From Frisingicoccus sp. (lineage in GTDB: Bacteria; Bacillota; Clostridia; Lachnospirales; Lachnospiraceae), in contig NZ_DBGCTU010000024.1 of assembly GCF_048388605.1 (NCBI RefSeq), forward strand, positions 6,939-70,938: a stretch of 64,000 nt of DNA, written 5' to 3'. Position numbers and translations under genes: made by a program. Positions 1 through 13,786 of this stretch are shown here, in pieces (within the stretch, counting starts at the first letter, position 1; each line of letters begins with the position of its first letter). A model generated the notes under the pieces. It searched no databases, was not told the origin of the DNA, and saw only the letters and a list, made by a program, of their open reading frames with translations.

Positions 1-254
1 TCAAAAAATTTGTATAAATCCATCGCGTACAAAGTAATTGAAGGAATACCCATTCCGCTTCCCATTACAGAAATCTTTTTTCCTTTATAGGTACCGGTAT
101 ATCCAAACATATTTCGTACACTGTTAAATAACACAGGATTTTCAAGGTATGTCTCTGCAATATATTTAGCGCGCAGAGGGTCTCCCGGCATAAGAACAAC
201 TTTTGCTACATTTTCTTTTTCAGCCTGAATACAGGCTGTAGGCGTTGTTACCAT
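1..254 (-). CDS. deoD: purine-nucleoside phosphorylase DeoD, N-terminal 84 codons (gene runs off the window edge)
   Basis: Reverse translation from the ATG at 254-252 gives [72 protein letters not shown]. The [23 protein letters not shown] and [11 protein letters not shown] blocks are those of hexameric DeoD. It is absent from the ORF track because it is open-ended. Confidence 0.85.
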   Translation of the reverse strand, partial: MVTTPTACIQAEKENVAKVVLMPGDPLRAKYIAETYLENPVLFNSVRNMFGYTGTYKGKKISVMGSGMGIPSITLYAMDLYKFF

Positions 255-270
255 ACAGATTCCTCCCTAT

Positions 271-1119
271 TTATTTTATAATTTCAGGATAAAAATATTT
301 TTTTCCCTTTTCTTTTTTCTTTTTATCCCACTCTGTCAAAATACGAATGGCCTCCGCACCAACAAGGCAGGCCCTTTCTTCACCACCGTCTTCTCTGACT
401 TCTCCTGTCACACGCTGCACCACAACGGATGCGCACATACCGGCCCGAAGTCCGAAGAGACGCGATAATGTGAACAAAGCAGCGCCTTCCATATCATAAT
501 TTAAAACCTTAGCTGCCTGCAAATCTTTATAATCAGCTTCCGCTTTCTGTTGAATATAGCCGCCAAAGCTCGGTCTCGACTGTCCCGCATAAAATGAAGC
601 CGTCGTACATCCGACACCGACATGATATGTAAACCCGAGATTTTCACAAGCCTGAATTAACGCCATAACCACTTCCGGAGAGGCTGCCGAAGGATATTCA
701 TCCCGCACATACTGATGGGAAGTTCCATCCAGGCGGACATTGCAGTCATTGATGATAATATCTCCGATATTGATATTTTCCTGAATAGCCCCCGTCGTAC
801 CAACACGTATAAATGTATTTACGCCGGCTGACGCCATCGTTGTCAATGGAAGTTCGAGATTCGGTCCGCCCATACCTGTGGACATGGCTGTAATCTGTGT
901 TCCCTTAAAAGTCCCTGTTGCCGCGCAATACCCGCGATTTAAACTGTACTCTTTAACACTTCCTTCATCCCACTGGCTTGCCATCAAATGAATTCTTCTC
1001 GGATTTCCCGGCAAAAGCGCATATTCTCCCATATTCGGAACAGTAAAACCTTCCGTGACAGCGCCTCCTGTTTCAGCCTCGCTCAAATTTCTTCTAGCTT
1101 CTTCTACACCTTCTGCCAT
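271..1119 (-). CDS. nucleoside phosphorylase, PNP/UDP family 1 (uridine-phosphorylase-like)
   Basis: 282-aa ORF with TAMSTGMGGP, RVGTTGA and DMEGAALF motifs typical of the uridine/purine nucleoside phosphorylase fold. It lies next to deoD and a nucleoside-binding lipoprotein. Confidence 0.7.
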   Translation of the reverse strand: MAEGVEEARRNLSEAETGGAVTEGFTVPNMGEYALLPGNPRRIHLMASQWDEGSVKEYSLNRGYCAATGTFKGTQITAMSTGMGGPNLELPLTTMASAGVNTFIRVGTTGAIQENINIGDIIINDCNVRLDGTSHQYVRDEYPSAASPEVVMALIQACENLGFTYHVGVGCTTASFYAGQSRPSFGGYIQQKAEADYKDLQAAKVLNYDMEGAALFTLSRLFGLRAGMCASVVVQRVTGEVREDGGEERACLVGAEAIRILTEWDKKKKEKGKKYFYPEIIK

Positions 1120-1135
1120 ATATAAAACCCCTTAC

Positions 1136-2287
1136 TTAGTTTAATCCCGGGAAATCATCCGGCAGATATCCGTTAAAGTTAGAAGCCGGAGCGATATCTC
1201 CGTTTTTAATGGATTCATAAACTTCATTTAATGTTCCGATCGTTTCTTCAGATAACTGCTGTCTGCCTTCTTCGGTAACGATGCCGATAGAATCCTGAGC
1301 TGCACCCAAAACTTCATTCAAGCCTTTAAATTCACCGCTGTTAATAAGAGTCAACTGTTTATAAACGTTGGTATCCATAATCTTCAGAGAAGATGTTAAA
1401 ATAATATTGGCATCTCCGTTAACACCGTCATCAAACTGGTCAACATCACAACCGATACAGAAAACATCTCCCGCTTCCTTTGCTGCGGTAAATACGCCGT
1501 TTCCGCTGGAACCTGCGGCAACATAAATGATATCAACGCCCATATCAATTAAAGCATTTCCTAAAATCTTACCGGTTTCCACATCATCAAAAGCGCCGAC
1601 ATAGTTTCCGCCAACATTAGTACCTGTTACATCTGTACCGGAATAAGAAGCAATTTCAACACACTCTGCTGTTGCTCCAAGATGTTTTACTGCATAATTA
1701 ACGCCGCTCTCAAAACCATACTGATAATTTACATTTGAAGGATAAGCAACACCGTTAACAACCGCAACCTTTCCTGTCTTTGTTTCAAGTGCAGCGGCAA
1801 CTCCGGCTAAAAATCCAGGTTCCTGCTCGGAGAATGTCATCGAATAAATATTATCTACAGTCACTTCTTCACCCTCGGAATCTGTCGGAGCAGAGTCTAC
1901 CAATATAATATGTTTATCCGGATTGGCCGTAGCGATATCTGCACATGCCGCATAGTTAAATCCAGGCAAAACCAAAACATCATAATCTGCGATCGTATCT
2001 TCGACAGCCTGAATGGATTTACTCAAATCCGGCTCTTTAATCGCATTCACAGAAGCGCCTTCATTTTCATCAACAAACTTTGTAATACCGTCATAGCAGT
2101 TTTCATTAAAAGAACCATCATCCACGCCGGAGGATGTGATGATTGCAACCTTAATACCCGCGGCATCTGCGGCCTGAGTTTCACCCTTTGTTTCGGTTGA
2201 GCTGGATGGATTTCCCGCGCAGGCGGCCAGGGATGCAACCATAATTGCTGAAATTAACAACGACAGACATTTTTTTGCTTTTTTCAT
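1136..2287 (-). CDS. BMP-family (PnrA/Med-like) ABC substrate-binding lipoprotein, probably nucleoside-binding
   Basis: 383-aa ORF. The N-terminus has a lipobox (SLAACAG). The periplasmic-binding-fold sequence is BMP-family-like (VAIITSSGVDDGSFNE, GCDVDQ). Confidence 0.75.
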   Translation of the reverse strand: MKKAKKCLSLLISAIMVASLAACAGNPSSSTETKGETQAADAAGIKVAIITSSGVDDGSFNENCYDGITKFVDENEGASVNAIKEPDLSKSIQAVEDTIADYDVLVLPGFNYAACADIATANPDKHIILVDSAPTDSEGEEVTVDNIYSMTFSEQEPGFLAGVAAALETKTGKVAVVNGVAYPSNVNYQYGFESGVNYAVKHLGATAECVEIASYSGTDVTGTNVGGNYVGAFDDVETGKILGNALIDMGVDIIYVAAGSSGNGVFTAAKEAGDVFCIGCDVDQFDDGVNGDANIILTSSLKIMDTNVYKQLTLINSGEFKGLNEVLGAAQDSIGIVTEEGRQQLSEETIGTLNEVYESIKNGDIAPASNFNGYLPDDFPGLN

Positions 2288-2310
2288 TTTTTTGATCTCC
2301 TTTTCTTTTA

Positions 2311-3381
2311 TTATTTAAATAGATTTGCTAAACTATCCGTATATGGAGGATAGCAAATACCTTTTTCAGTAACAATTCCGGTAATCAATTCATGATCTGT
2401 CACATCAAACGCCGGGTTATAACATTTCACTTCTTTTAAAGCCATCGGTTCCGAATAGAACTTTTCTTTGATTTCCTCAGGCTTTCTCAACTCAATTTTA
2501 ATATCATCTCCTGTTTTGCAATTCATATCGATAGTTGACGTTGGTCCCAATACATAAAATGGAATATGATAATACTTAGCCAGGATCGCCACACCGCTTG
2601 TACCGATCTTATTTGCCGTATCGCCGTTTGCCGCAACCCGGTCACAGCCCACAAAACAGGCCTGAACCCAGCCATTCTTCATAACAATACTTGCCATATT
2701 GTCACAAATAAGCGTTACATCAATTCCTGCTTTACACAACTCAAAGGATGTCAGACGCGCTCCCTGCAGAAGCGGACGTGTTTCATCGGAAAATACCTTA
2801 AAGTTCATGCCCTTTTCTTTTCCCAAAAACAGCGGACCCAACGCTGTTCCATAACGGGATGTCGCCAAAGGTCCCGCATTGCAGTGGGTCAAAATGCCGT
2901 CCCCGTCTTTAATCAGAGTTAAACCATACTCGGATATCGCCCTGCACATGGCAATATCTTCTTCATGAATCGCTTTACACTCCTGCTTCAGCAATTCAAG
3001 AATCTTTTCTACAGATTGTCCCTTATTCGACAAAACAACCTTTTCCATGCGATTTAATGCCCAGCTTAAATTCACTGCCGTCGGCCGTGACGAATTTAAA
3101 TACTCTTTCTTTTCATGGAATTCTTTTGCAAAAGTCTCATAATCCTTACTTTCAATCTGCAAAGCCAGACAGTAAATACCATAGCCGGCACAAATGCCAA
3201 TAGCCGGCGCTCCCCGGACCTGAAGCAGATAAATTGCATCCCATATTTCTTTTGCCGTAGATAATGTGATATATTCCATCCGATTCGGCAGCTGTGTCTG
3301 ATCGATAATAACGACACTTCTTCCATCTTCACTTAATTTCACATTATCCATGTGAGTAACGTTTCTGATACTTTCGTCCAA
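2311..3381 (-). CDS. mtnA: S-methyl-5-thioribose-1-phosphate isomerase
   Basis: 356-aa ORF with eIF-2B/MtnA family motifs: [23 protein letters not shown] and [28 protein letters not shown] sits 6 nt before a TTG start. Confidence 0.85.
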   Translation of the reverse strand: MDESIRNVTHMDNVKLSEDGRSVVIIDQTQLPNRMEYITLSTAKEIWDAIYLLQVRGAPAIGICAGYGIYCLALQIESKDYETFAKEFHEKKEYLNSSRPTAVNLSWALNRMEKVVLSNKGQSVEKILELLKQECKAIHEEDIAMCRAISEYGLTLIKDGDGILTHCNAGPLATSRYGTALGPLFLGKEKGMNFKVFSDETRPLLQGARLTSFELCKAGIDVTLICDNMASIVMKNGWVQACFVGCDRVAANGDTANKIGTSGVAILAKYYHIPFYVLGPTSTIDMNCKTGDDIKIELRKPEEIKEKFYSEPMALKEVKCYNPAFDVTDHELITGIVTEKGICYPPYTDSLANLFK

Positions 3382-3417
3382 TATTTTCTCCCCCTGACTT
3401 AATATTTTTTATAAAAA

Positions 3418-4194
3418 TTATTTTGCAATAATCAACTTTGTGTGAGTCTGACTTAAAAACTGTTCCCATACATCTCTCTGCTCATCCGTATAAAATCCGT
3501 CAATAACTATTTTGTCGATCATCTCAAACCCGCTGATCTTATAAAATTTTTTCAGATTTAATTTTGTTTTATCGATAACGAGAATTTTTTCCGCCGCCTG
3601 CCCGATAATACACTTTCTGACACGTCCGTTTTTTTCATTTCCATCTGTTATACCAATATTCATATCCACACCTCTGCAGGATATAAAACATTTATCGACA
3701 TAATAATTTTTGAGGAAATCCGTCACCTCATCGCCGACAAAACACTGATTTTTTCGGTCGAATTCTCCTCCGGTAAGAATTAATTTTATATTTTCGCATG
3801 CTTCCAATATTCGAATAATCTTATAAGAATTTGTAAATACGGTAATTGCTTCAATTGTTTTCAGTTCCCTTGCAATAGCGCAGCATGTTGTACTTTCATC
3901 CAGAAAAATCGTATCCCCCGCGCAGATCATAGAGCGGCAGCTTTTTCCGATGGCAGCCTTTTCTTCCGTATATACATTTTCTCTTAAATTTGCATGAACT
4001 TCATTTTGTACACCGCCGATAATATAGGCCCCGCCGTAGGCCCTCATGATTTTTCCTTCGTTTTCCAACTCTATTAAATCTTTTCTGACGGTTTCATTTG
4101 TAACGTTAAACTTTTTACATAAATCTTTTGATAAAATGCTTTTTTCCTGTAAGATCATTTCCCAAATAAGTTTTTTCCGTTCTTTTGCAAGCAT
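3418..4194 (-). CDS. DeoR-family transcriptional regulator
   Basis: 258-aa ORF with an N-terminal winged HTH (ILSKDLCKKFNVTNETVRKDLIELE) plus a DeoR C-terminal sugar-phosphate sensor domain. Confidence 0.85.
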   Translation of the reverse strand: MLAKERKKLIWEMILQEKSILSKDLCKKFNVTNETVRKDLIELENEGKIMRAYGGAYIIGGVQNEVHANLRENVYTEEKAAIGKSCRSMICAGDTIFLDESTTCCAIARELKTIEAITVFTNSYKIIRILEACENIKLILTGGEFDRKNQCFVGDEVTDFLKNYYVDKCFISCRGVDMNIGITDGNEKNGRVRKCIIGQAAEKILVIDKTKLNLKKFYKISGFEMIDKIVIDGFYTDEQRDVWEQFLSQTHTKLIIAK

Positions 4195-4353
4195 TTTTAT
4201 TTTCCTCTTTTTAAAAAGTTGTTCTTTATTGGAATTATATCATTCTATTTTGCAGTATTCAACAATTATGTTCTGTTTTTTCAGATATTTTTATTGATTT
4301 TTTATATTTTTATGTTGGATTTTATATCTGATTTCCACCAAATTCCAATTTTA

Positions 4354-4396
4354 TTTAAAAAAAGGATTGAATCCCAATTTGAAAATTCAATCCTTT
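4354..4396 (-). terminator. intrinsic terminator downstream of the antiporter gene (bidirectional shape)
   Basis: The 12-nt arms AAAGGATTGAAT (4361-4372) and ATTCAATCCTTT (4385-4396) are flanked by an A-run on one side and a T-run on the other. Confidence 0.7.
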
Positions 4397-4406
4397 TTAA
4401 TATATT

Positions 4407-5714
4407 TTATTTCAAAGTTTTTTTCTTAACCTCTGCTTCCTGCAGTTTCATTGCTCTTCGATTAATAACTTCCGCACTCTTCGGCTGAATATCTCCGGTT
4501 TTCTTCAAAGCCCACTTTGTCATCGAAGGGCCGACAAGCTCGTAAACAAGTACAGAGAAAAGAACAATATTCCGAATCATCGCGCCCTCCGCGCCAAATT
4601 TCGCGGCAGCGGTAATACACATTCCTAAGGCAACTCCGGCCTGTGGAAAAAGAGTAATTCCAAGATATTTTTGAACGACCGGGTCGCATCCGGCCGCTTT
4701 TGCGCTGGACCATGCACCCAGATATTTTCCAATACAGCGGAAAATAATATAAACAACACCGATAACAACAATACTTATATCAGAGAACACACTCAATTCA
4801 AGCTCTGCGCCGCTGATCACAAAGAACAATGCGAATAACGGCGCCGTCCACCGGTCCGACTTTTCCATCAGATCCTCAGACAACGGACATATATTACAGA
4901 AAATAGTTCCAAGCATCATGCATACTAAAAGAGAGGAAAATGCAATATGAATACCGCCAATGTCAAATTCCAGCATAGAAATTCCGACCGTCAGAAACAC
5001 AAAGGCAATAGTCAGCGACAAACGATTACTGTTGGAATTAAACAAAGTTTCCAGTTGAGTTAAAAGCCATCCCATAAATGCCCCGACGATCAAAGAGAGA
5101 ACAATTTCCAGAAGAGGCTCGACCAAAATTGAAGTCATATTAAATGCGCCGTCTTTTAAAGCGGTAGCCACACCAAAGGAAACGGCAAAAACCATTAAGG
5201 CAACCGCATCATCCAAAGCAACGACCGGCAGAAGTATATCCGTTAATTTTCCCTTTGCCTTATACTGGCGCACAACCATCAGTGTTGCCGCCGGAGCTGT
5301 CGCCGTTGCAATAGCGCCCAATGTGATCGCTGTCGTAATCGGCAGCTTATCTCCAAGAATCATATGTAAAGCCAGCATAGCCACATTGACACATAAAGAA
5401 GCAACCAAACCCTCAGCAATTCCGACGATCATCGCCTGACGGCCAATATTTTTCAACTGGGATAAGCGAAATTCATTACCGATAGTAAAGGCAATGAAAC
5501 CCAATGCCACATTGGAGATCAAGGCATACTGCTCAACATCGGCAGTCGATATAAATCCCACACCCTGTATACTTAAACGTCCCAAAAAATAAGGTCCAAT
5601 TAAAACACCGGCAATCAAATAAGCCGTAACATCCGGTAATTTTAAAGATTTTAACACACGAGTCATTAATAAACCCATAATTAATGCTACTGAAATTGCT
5701 AATATTGCTGTCAT
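4407..5714 (-). CDS. cation:proton antiporter (CPA family Na+/H+ exchanger-like membrane protein)
   Basis: Polytopic hydrophobic ORF of the sodium/hydrogen exchanger family type. The start was moved to the second ATG (MTAILAIS), which has a GAGGAAG RBS 6 nt upstream. Confidence 0.75.
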   Translation of the reverse strand: MTAILAISVALIMGLLMTRVLKSLKLPDVTAYLIAGVLIGPYFLGRLSIQGVGFISTADVEQYALISNVALGFIAFTIGNEFRLSQLKNIGRQAMIVGIAEGLVASLCVNVAMLALHMILGDKLPITTAITLGAIATATAPAATLMVVRQYKAKGKLTDILLPVVALDDAVALMVFAVSFGVATALKDGAFNMTSILVEPLLEIVLSLIVGAFMGWLLTQLETLFNSNSNRLSLTIAFVFLTVGISMLEFDIGGIHIAFSSLLVCMMLGTIFCNICPLSEDLMEKSDRWTAPLFALFFVISGAELELSVFSDISIVVIGVVYIIFRCIGKYLGAWSSAKAAGCDPVVQKYLGITLFPQAGVALGMCITAAAKFGAEGAMIRNIVLFSVLVYELVGPSMTKWALKKTGDIQPKSAEVINRRAMKLQEAEVKKKTLK

Positions 5715-5792
5715 TTTTCTTCCTCTTTTCATTTGATGAAAAAATATATTTTAAAACAGTTTTCTATATTATCACTGTATACCCCGTTTGTC

Positions 5793-5823
5793 AAATAAAA
5801 AGAGGATGCCGTAACATCCCCTT
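5793..5823 (-). terminator. probable intrinsic terminator after the MBL-hydrolase gene
   Basis: Hairpin AGAGGATG / CATCCCCT with one mismatch, followed on the minus strand by TTTTATTT. Confidence 0.5.
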
Positions 5824-5844
5824 TTCATACATTTTACATAAACT

Positions 5845-6594
5845 TTAAAGTTCAAAAATCTGTCCCTCTGAATCAATTGAAACGATTTTTTCTTTATAAT
5901 TTTTTGCAGACTCGCCGTCTTTAAATTTTTGAATCAGTTTATAATCTTTCCAGAAGTGCATCGGAAAAACCTTATCCGCTTCAGCTGTCCTCATAAACTC
6001 ATTCATTCCCCACCAGTAATGTTCCTCCTGACGCGGGTCAAGCACAACAAAAGCCGCGTCAAAATGACGTCCTTTTATTTTACTCATTTCATGCTTATAC
6101 TCTTTTTCTCTGCGCTCTCTATCTTCTTCGCTTTCTCCCGGCCATGACCACCAATGCAGATCTCCGGCAAAATAGATCGTTTTTCCCGCATACTCAATGA
6201 TAAATGCTACACCTTCATCTGTGGATTTCAATGTTTCTATCTTTATATCATGAAAACCCGGATCTTTTTTTGAAACTCCCCGGTTATCCACATTCAGATA
6301 TAATAATTTATCGTTATCCACAAAAATGGTATTTTCTCCACCGGTGCCGAGCCGCACAGCAAAACTCAGACTCTGGCGCACATCATCCGAAACAACATAG
6401 GTGACATAAGGATTGTATTCCGCATACTGATAAATAGCCGGATTAAAATGATCGCCATGGGCATGACTCACAAAGAAAATAATCCTTTTATCTTTATCAA
6501 ACTCCGGCAGTTCTCCCTTATAATAATCAAATACAAAAATACAATCTTCCAGTTCAACAACAAAACAACTGTGATGAATATAGGTTATCTTCAT
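5845..6594 (-). CDS. MBL-fold metallo-hydrolase
   Basis: 249-aa ORF with the HxHxDH motif (SHAHGDH). It overlaps the gyrA stop by 4 nt (ATGA), suggesting translational coupling. Confidence 0.75.
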   Translation of the reverse strand: MKITYIHHSCFVVELEDCIFVFDYYKGELPEFDKDKRIIFFVSHAHGDHFNPAIYQYAEYNPYVTYVVSDDVRQSLSFAVRLGTGGENTIFVDNDKLLYLNVDNRGVSKKDPGFHDIKIETLKSTDEGVAFIIEYAGKTIYFAGDLHWWSWPGESEEDRERREKEYKHEMSKIKGRHFDAAFVVLDPRQEEHYWWGMNEFMRTAEADKVFPMHFWKDYKLIQKFKDGESAKNYKEKIVSIDSEGQIFEL

Positions 6595-9107
6595 TCTGTC
6601 TCTCCGCCCGTCTCTTCAATTTCTTCAGATGCCGTCTCCTCAGGTCCTTTTTCATCTGCTTCCCGGACTTTTGCAATGCTCGCAACTTTAATGTCGTTTT
6701 CCACATCAATATCCATAAGTTTGACTCCGGAGGTATATCTTCCTATCTTTGAAATGCCATTGACCGGCATACGGATAATAATTCCGCCGGATGTGATCAT
6801 CATGATCTCATGACTGTCATTGACGGCTTTTGCTCCGATAACATTGCCTGTTTTTTCCGTAATATTATAGCAAAGAACACCCTTGCCGCCGCGATGCTGA
6901 CAATTAAATTCAGACAGATCCGTCCGTTTGCCCATACCCTTTTCGGAGGCGATCAACAAGGAATCTCCCTGACTGTCGAGCTGCATGCCGATAATTTCAT
7001 CATCGCCATCCAGAGTCATGCCGATCACGCCCATGGAAGTCCTTCCTGTCGGACGTACATCATTTTCATTAAAACGGATACATTTTCCATGTTTGGTGAT
7101 AAGGAAAACATCATTTTCATTATTTGTTGTTTTAACTTCAATCAATTCATCGTCTTCCCTTAAATTAATTGAAATGATACCCGTCTTTCTTATATGATCA
7201 TACTCTTTAATCGATGTTTTCTTTACGATTCCCTTCTTTGTTGCCATGAACAGATAAACATCATGATCAAAATCCCGAATCGGAATCATCGCCGTAATTT
7301 TTTCTCCCGGCTCCAATTGAAGAATATTCACAATAGCCGTTCCCCGGGCTACTCTGGAGGATTCAGGAATCTGATAAGCCTTGATCCGATAAGCCTTACC
7401 TTTATTTGTAAAGAACATAATAAAGTGATGAGTGCTTGTCATCAAAAGGTCTTCAATATAATCATCATCCAGAGTGGACATACCTTTGATTCCCTTACCG
7501 CCCCGATTCTGGCTGCGGAAATTATCAACCGTCATTCGTTTGATATAACCAAGTTTTGTCATAGCAATAACGGTATTTTCTTTTTTGATCAAATCTTCGA
7601 TGGTAATTTCATCATCATCAATGCCAATCGATGTTCTCCGGTCATCACCGTATTTATTCCGAATGACCGTGATCTCATCGCGAATGACACCAAGAAGCCG
7701 TTTTTCATCGCCGAGAATTGCTTTCAACTCGGCAATTTTTGCTTCCAGATCCGCATATTCCGATTCCAGTTTTTCTCTCTCCAAACCGGTCAGAGCACGC
7801 AGACGCATATCGACGATCGCCTGGGCCTGAACATCCGTCAGACCAAAGCTCTGAATTAACTTTTCCTTTGCCTCAGCCACATTTTTAGATGAGCGGATAA
7901 TATGGATCACTTCATCGATATTATCCAGGGCGATCAGTAACCCCTCCAAAATATGAGCCCGCTCTTCAGCCTTATTCAGTTCATATTTGGAACGCCGTGT
8001 GATAACTTCTTCCTGATGTTTTAAGTATAATTCAAGAATCTGTTTCAGATTCAGAATCATCGGTTCATTATTCACCAGCGCAAGAAGAATCACGCCAAAT
8101 GTATCCTGAAGCTGAGTATGTTTATACAAATGATTCAAAATAATATTCGGATTGGCGTCCTTTTTCAATTCAATAACGACCCGCATACCTTCACGGCTGG
8201 ATTCATCTCTCAGATCCGAAATGCCGTCAACCCTTTTATCCCTAACCAGTTCTGCAATCTTTTCAATTAATTTTGCCTTGTTGACCATATACGGAAGTTC
8301 AGTCACAACAATGCGCTGACGATTATTGCCCATAGGTTCAATTTCCGTCACAGCCCGCACTTTAATTTTGCCGCGGCCGGTTCGATAGGCTTCATTAATG
8401 CCATTCTTTCCAAGAATCATAGCGCCGGTTGGAAAATCCGGTCCCTTAACTATATCCAGAAGTTCCTCGATTTCCGTATCCCGGTCATTATTGATCTTAT
8501 TCTCGATAATCTTTAAAACGCCGTCAATAGTTTCCCGGAGATTATGCGGCGGAATATTTGTCGCCATTCCCACGGCAATCCCCGTTGTTCCATTGACCAG
8601 AAGATTCGGAAACCTTGAAGGAAGGACCATCGGCTCCTTCTCAGTCTCATCAAAGTTCGGCCCGAAATCGACGGTATCTTTATTAATATCCGCAAGCATT
8701 TCCATGGAAATCTTACTCAATCTTGCCTCTGTATAACGCATGGCCGCCGCGCCGTCTCCATCAACGGAACCGAAATTGCCATGACCGTCCACCAGCGGAT
8801 ATCTGGTCGACCACTCCTGAGCAAGATTAACAAGGGCGCCGTAAATCGAAGAATCGCCATGCGGGTGATATTTACCCATTGTATCACCGACAATACGCGC
8901 GCATTTACGATGCGGCTTGTCAGGCCCATTGTTCAGCTCGATCATTGCATAAAGTATACGCCTCTGCACAGGCTTCAAACCGTCTCTTACATCCGGCAAT
9001 GCTCTGGAGGCGATAACACTCATGGCATATTCGATATAAGATTGCTCCATTGTTTCCTGAAGGTCCACTTCCTGGACCTTGTCAAAAACATTACTTAAAT
9101 CATCCAT
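6591..9107 (-). CDS. gyrA: DNA gyrase subunit A
   Basis: 838-aa ORF containing [19 protein letters not shown], the QRDR-like HPHGDSSIY and the catalytic AAMRYTE. The C-terminal domain is a beta-pinwheel with an acidic tail. Confidence 0.97.
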   Translation of the reverse strand: MDDLSNVFDKVQEVDLQETMEQSYIEYAMSVIASRALPDVRDGLKPVQRRILYAMIELNNGPDKPHRKCARIVGDTMGKYHPHGDSSIYGALVNLAQEWSTRYPLVDGHGNFGSVDGDGAAAMRYTEARLSKISMEMLADINKDTVDFGPNFDETEKEPMVLPSRFPNLLVNGTTGIAVGMATNIPPHNLRETIDGVLKIIENKINNDRDTEIEELLDIVKGPDFPTGAMILGKNGINEAYRTGRGKIKVRAVTEIEPMGNNRQRIVVTELPYMVNKAKLIEKIAELVRDKRVDGISDLRDESSREGMRVVIELKKDANPNIILNHLYKHTQLQDTFGVILLALVNNEPMILNLKQILELYLKHQEEVITRRSKYELNKAEERAHILEGLLIALDNIDEVIHIIRSSKNVAEAKEKLIQSFGLTDVQAQAIVDMRLRALTGLEREKLESEYADLEAKIAELKAILGDEKRLLGVIRDEITVIRNKYGDDRRTSIGIDDDEITIEDLIKKENTVIAMTKLGYIKRMTVDNFRSQNRGGKGIKGMSTLDDDYIEDLLMTSTHHFIMFFTNKGKAYRIKAYQIPESSRVARGTAIVNILQLEPGEKITAMIPIRDFDHDVYLFMATKKGIVKKTSIKEYDHIRKTGIISINLREDDELIEVKTTNNENDVFLITKHGKCIRFNENDVRPTGRTSMGVIGMTLDGDDEIIGMQLDSQGDSLLIASEKGMGKRTDLSEFNCQHRGGKGVLCYNITEKTGNVIGAKAVNDSHEIMMITSGGIIIRMPVNGISKIGRYTSGVKLMDIDVENDIKVASIAKVREADEKGPEETASEEIEETGGETE

Positions 9108-9126
9108 TCACTATTTCCTCCATCTG

Positions 9127-12132
<3,006 letters not shown>

Positions 12133-12133
<1 letters not shown>

Positions 12134-12342
12134 TATTTTTCAATCTTTATTGTTTCGCCGTCAAAGGTGACTATATCGCCTTCATGGAGTTTCTTTCCTC
12201 TCTGATATTCCACTTCACCATTAACGCAAACCTGTCCTTCTTTAATTACAATTTTAGCTTCCAGGCCGGAATCCACACATCCGGCGGCTTTCAGTGCCTG
12301 ACCAAGCTTTATAAACTCATCTTTTAATTTAATAACTTCCAT
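12133..12342 (-). CDS. yaaA: S4-domain RNA-binding protein YaaA
   Basis: 69-aa ORF in the conserved position between dnaN and recF, with an S4-like motif (IKEGQVCVNGEVEYQRGKKL). Confidence 0.8.
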
Positions 12343-12350
12343 AATCTCTC

Positions 12351-13460
12351 CTATATTCCCGGATTAAAGTTTACCGGAAGAATCAGATAGATATACTTCT
12401 TTTCTTCATCTCTGATAAAGCATGGCGCCTTAGGGTTGATCATATAAATGTCGATCATTTCATCATCAATCACCCGAAGAGCATCAAGAATAAACTTCGG
12501 ATTAAAACCAATCATTAAATCCCTGCCTGTCTTCACGATATCGATGTCCTCATTCATAGAACCGATGAAGGAATTAATTTTTAATTCCATGGAATCATCC
12601 AGGATATTCATGATGATCGGTTTTTTATCACCTTCTTTGACAAGAAGAGACGCGCGCTCAATACAGCTTTGAAGCTCTTTTTTATTGATAGAAATTTTTG
12701 TTTCATAATCGCTGGAAAGCATCTGCTCAATTCGGAAATACTCTCCCTCAATAAGCCTTGAAACAACAACTGTATCATCAAATTCAAATACAATATGTCT
12801 TCCGGTGAAGAAGATATGTACGTCATCCTCAATGCCGCCGGTAAGAATTTTACTGACTTCATTCAGCGTTTTTCCCGGAACAACAACTTTAATATGATTA
12901 TATTCTTCCTTAAGTTCAATCTTACGGATGGATATCCGATGACCGTCCAGAGATACGACTTTTAATTCATTCCCATTGATCTCAAAAAGTTCTCCCGTCA
13001 TTAAACGGTTATTTTCATTATCCGCAATTGAAAAGATCGTTTGACGGATAATTTCTTTTAATGAAAACTGAGATAAAACAACCATCTGATTTTTCTCTAT
13101 TTCCGGCAGATAAGAAAAATCTTCCCCGGATTTTCCGGCGATATTAAATTTGGCTTTTTCACATTTTATGAAAGCGCGGAAATTATCATCCGTTTGAATA
13201 GTTACTTCACTCTCGGGAAGTTTACGAACAATCTCCGAAAATAACTTGGCTTCCAGGGCAATCTTTCCTTTATCGAGAATATCGCCGTTGATTTTTGTTT
13301 CAATACCGAGTTCCATATCATTTGCGGTTAATTTGATCTGACCTTCGGTTGTGTCAATAAGAATACATTCCAAAATAGGCATTGTTGTTTTCGCAGGAAC
13401 CGCTTTAAGGACAGTGTTGACGCCTTTCAGAAGTTCGGATTTGCTACAAATAATTTTCAT
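12351..13460 (-). CDS. dnaN: DNA polymerase III beta sliding clamp
   Basis: Three-domain clamp sequence (MKIICSKSELLKGVNTV...LILPV). The ATG at 13460 is preferred over the TTG at 13472, because the RBS GAGAAAGG abuts the TTG. Confidence 0.95.
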   Translation of the reverse strand: MKIICSKSELLKGVNTVLKAVPAKTTMPILECILIDTTEGQIKLTANDMELGIETKINGDILDKGKIALEAKLFSEIVRKLPESEVTIQTDDNFRAFIKCEKAKFNIAGKSGEDFSYLPEIEKNQMVVLSQFSLKEIIRQTIFSIADNENNRLMTGELFEINGNELKVVSLDGHRISIRKIELKEEYNHIKVVVPGKTLNEVSKILTGGIEDDVHIFFTGRHIVFEFDDTVVVSRLIEGEYFRIEQMLSSDYETKISINKKELQSCIERASLLVKEGDKKPIIMNILDDSMELKINSFIGSMNEDIDIVKTGRDLMIGFNPKFILDALRVIDDEMIDIYMINPKAPCFIRDEEKKYIYLILPVNFNPGI

Positions 13461-13472
13461 GTTAAAAATCAA

Positions 13473-13786
13473 CCTTTCTCAGTCTGCATGGAAATTGTGA
13501 ATAACTTCCGGGCAGCCGCATATAAATATATAAATAATAATTTTATAGTAGTTGTAGTAGTAGGGGAGGTGGATATGTGGATATGCCATGTTCCCCCTGA
13601 TTTTTACTGAATTTTTCCGTTGGATAAGTCTGTTAAAATGGATTGAACAGGCTATGAATAACTTAAAAATTATCCACAGTATAAAATTCATTAAATTTAT
13701 TTTTTATTTTTCGGATAAAATTTATCCCCTTGTAACCCACTGTTGAATCACCGTTCATCCACATAGAAAAAGACATTTATCCACAA
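13473..13786. promoter_or_regulatory. oriC part 2 (dnaA-dnaN spacer): DnaA boxes, GC cluster, DnaA-trios and an AT-rich unwinding element
   Basis: Perfect TTATCCACA boxes lie at 13778-13786 and 13670-13678. Near-consensus inverted boxes are TGTGGATAT at 13576-13584 and GGTGGATAT at 13568-13576. A GGGAGG cluster at 13564-13569 is followed by TAG TAG TTG TAG TAG TAG at 13546-13563, then pure A/T at 13521-13545. Confidence 0.8.

Noticed and set aside
13479-13691. 70-aa ORF in the dnaA-dnaN spacer and 61-aa ORF at 15336-15521.
   Set aside because: Both lie in oriC and are built from DnaA boxes and AT-rich DNA. The implausible peptide composition argues against coding.
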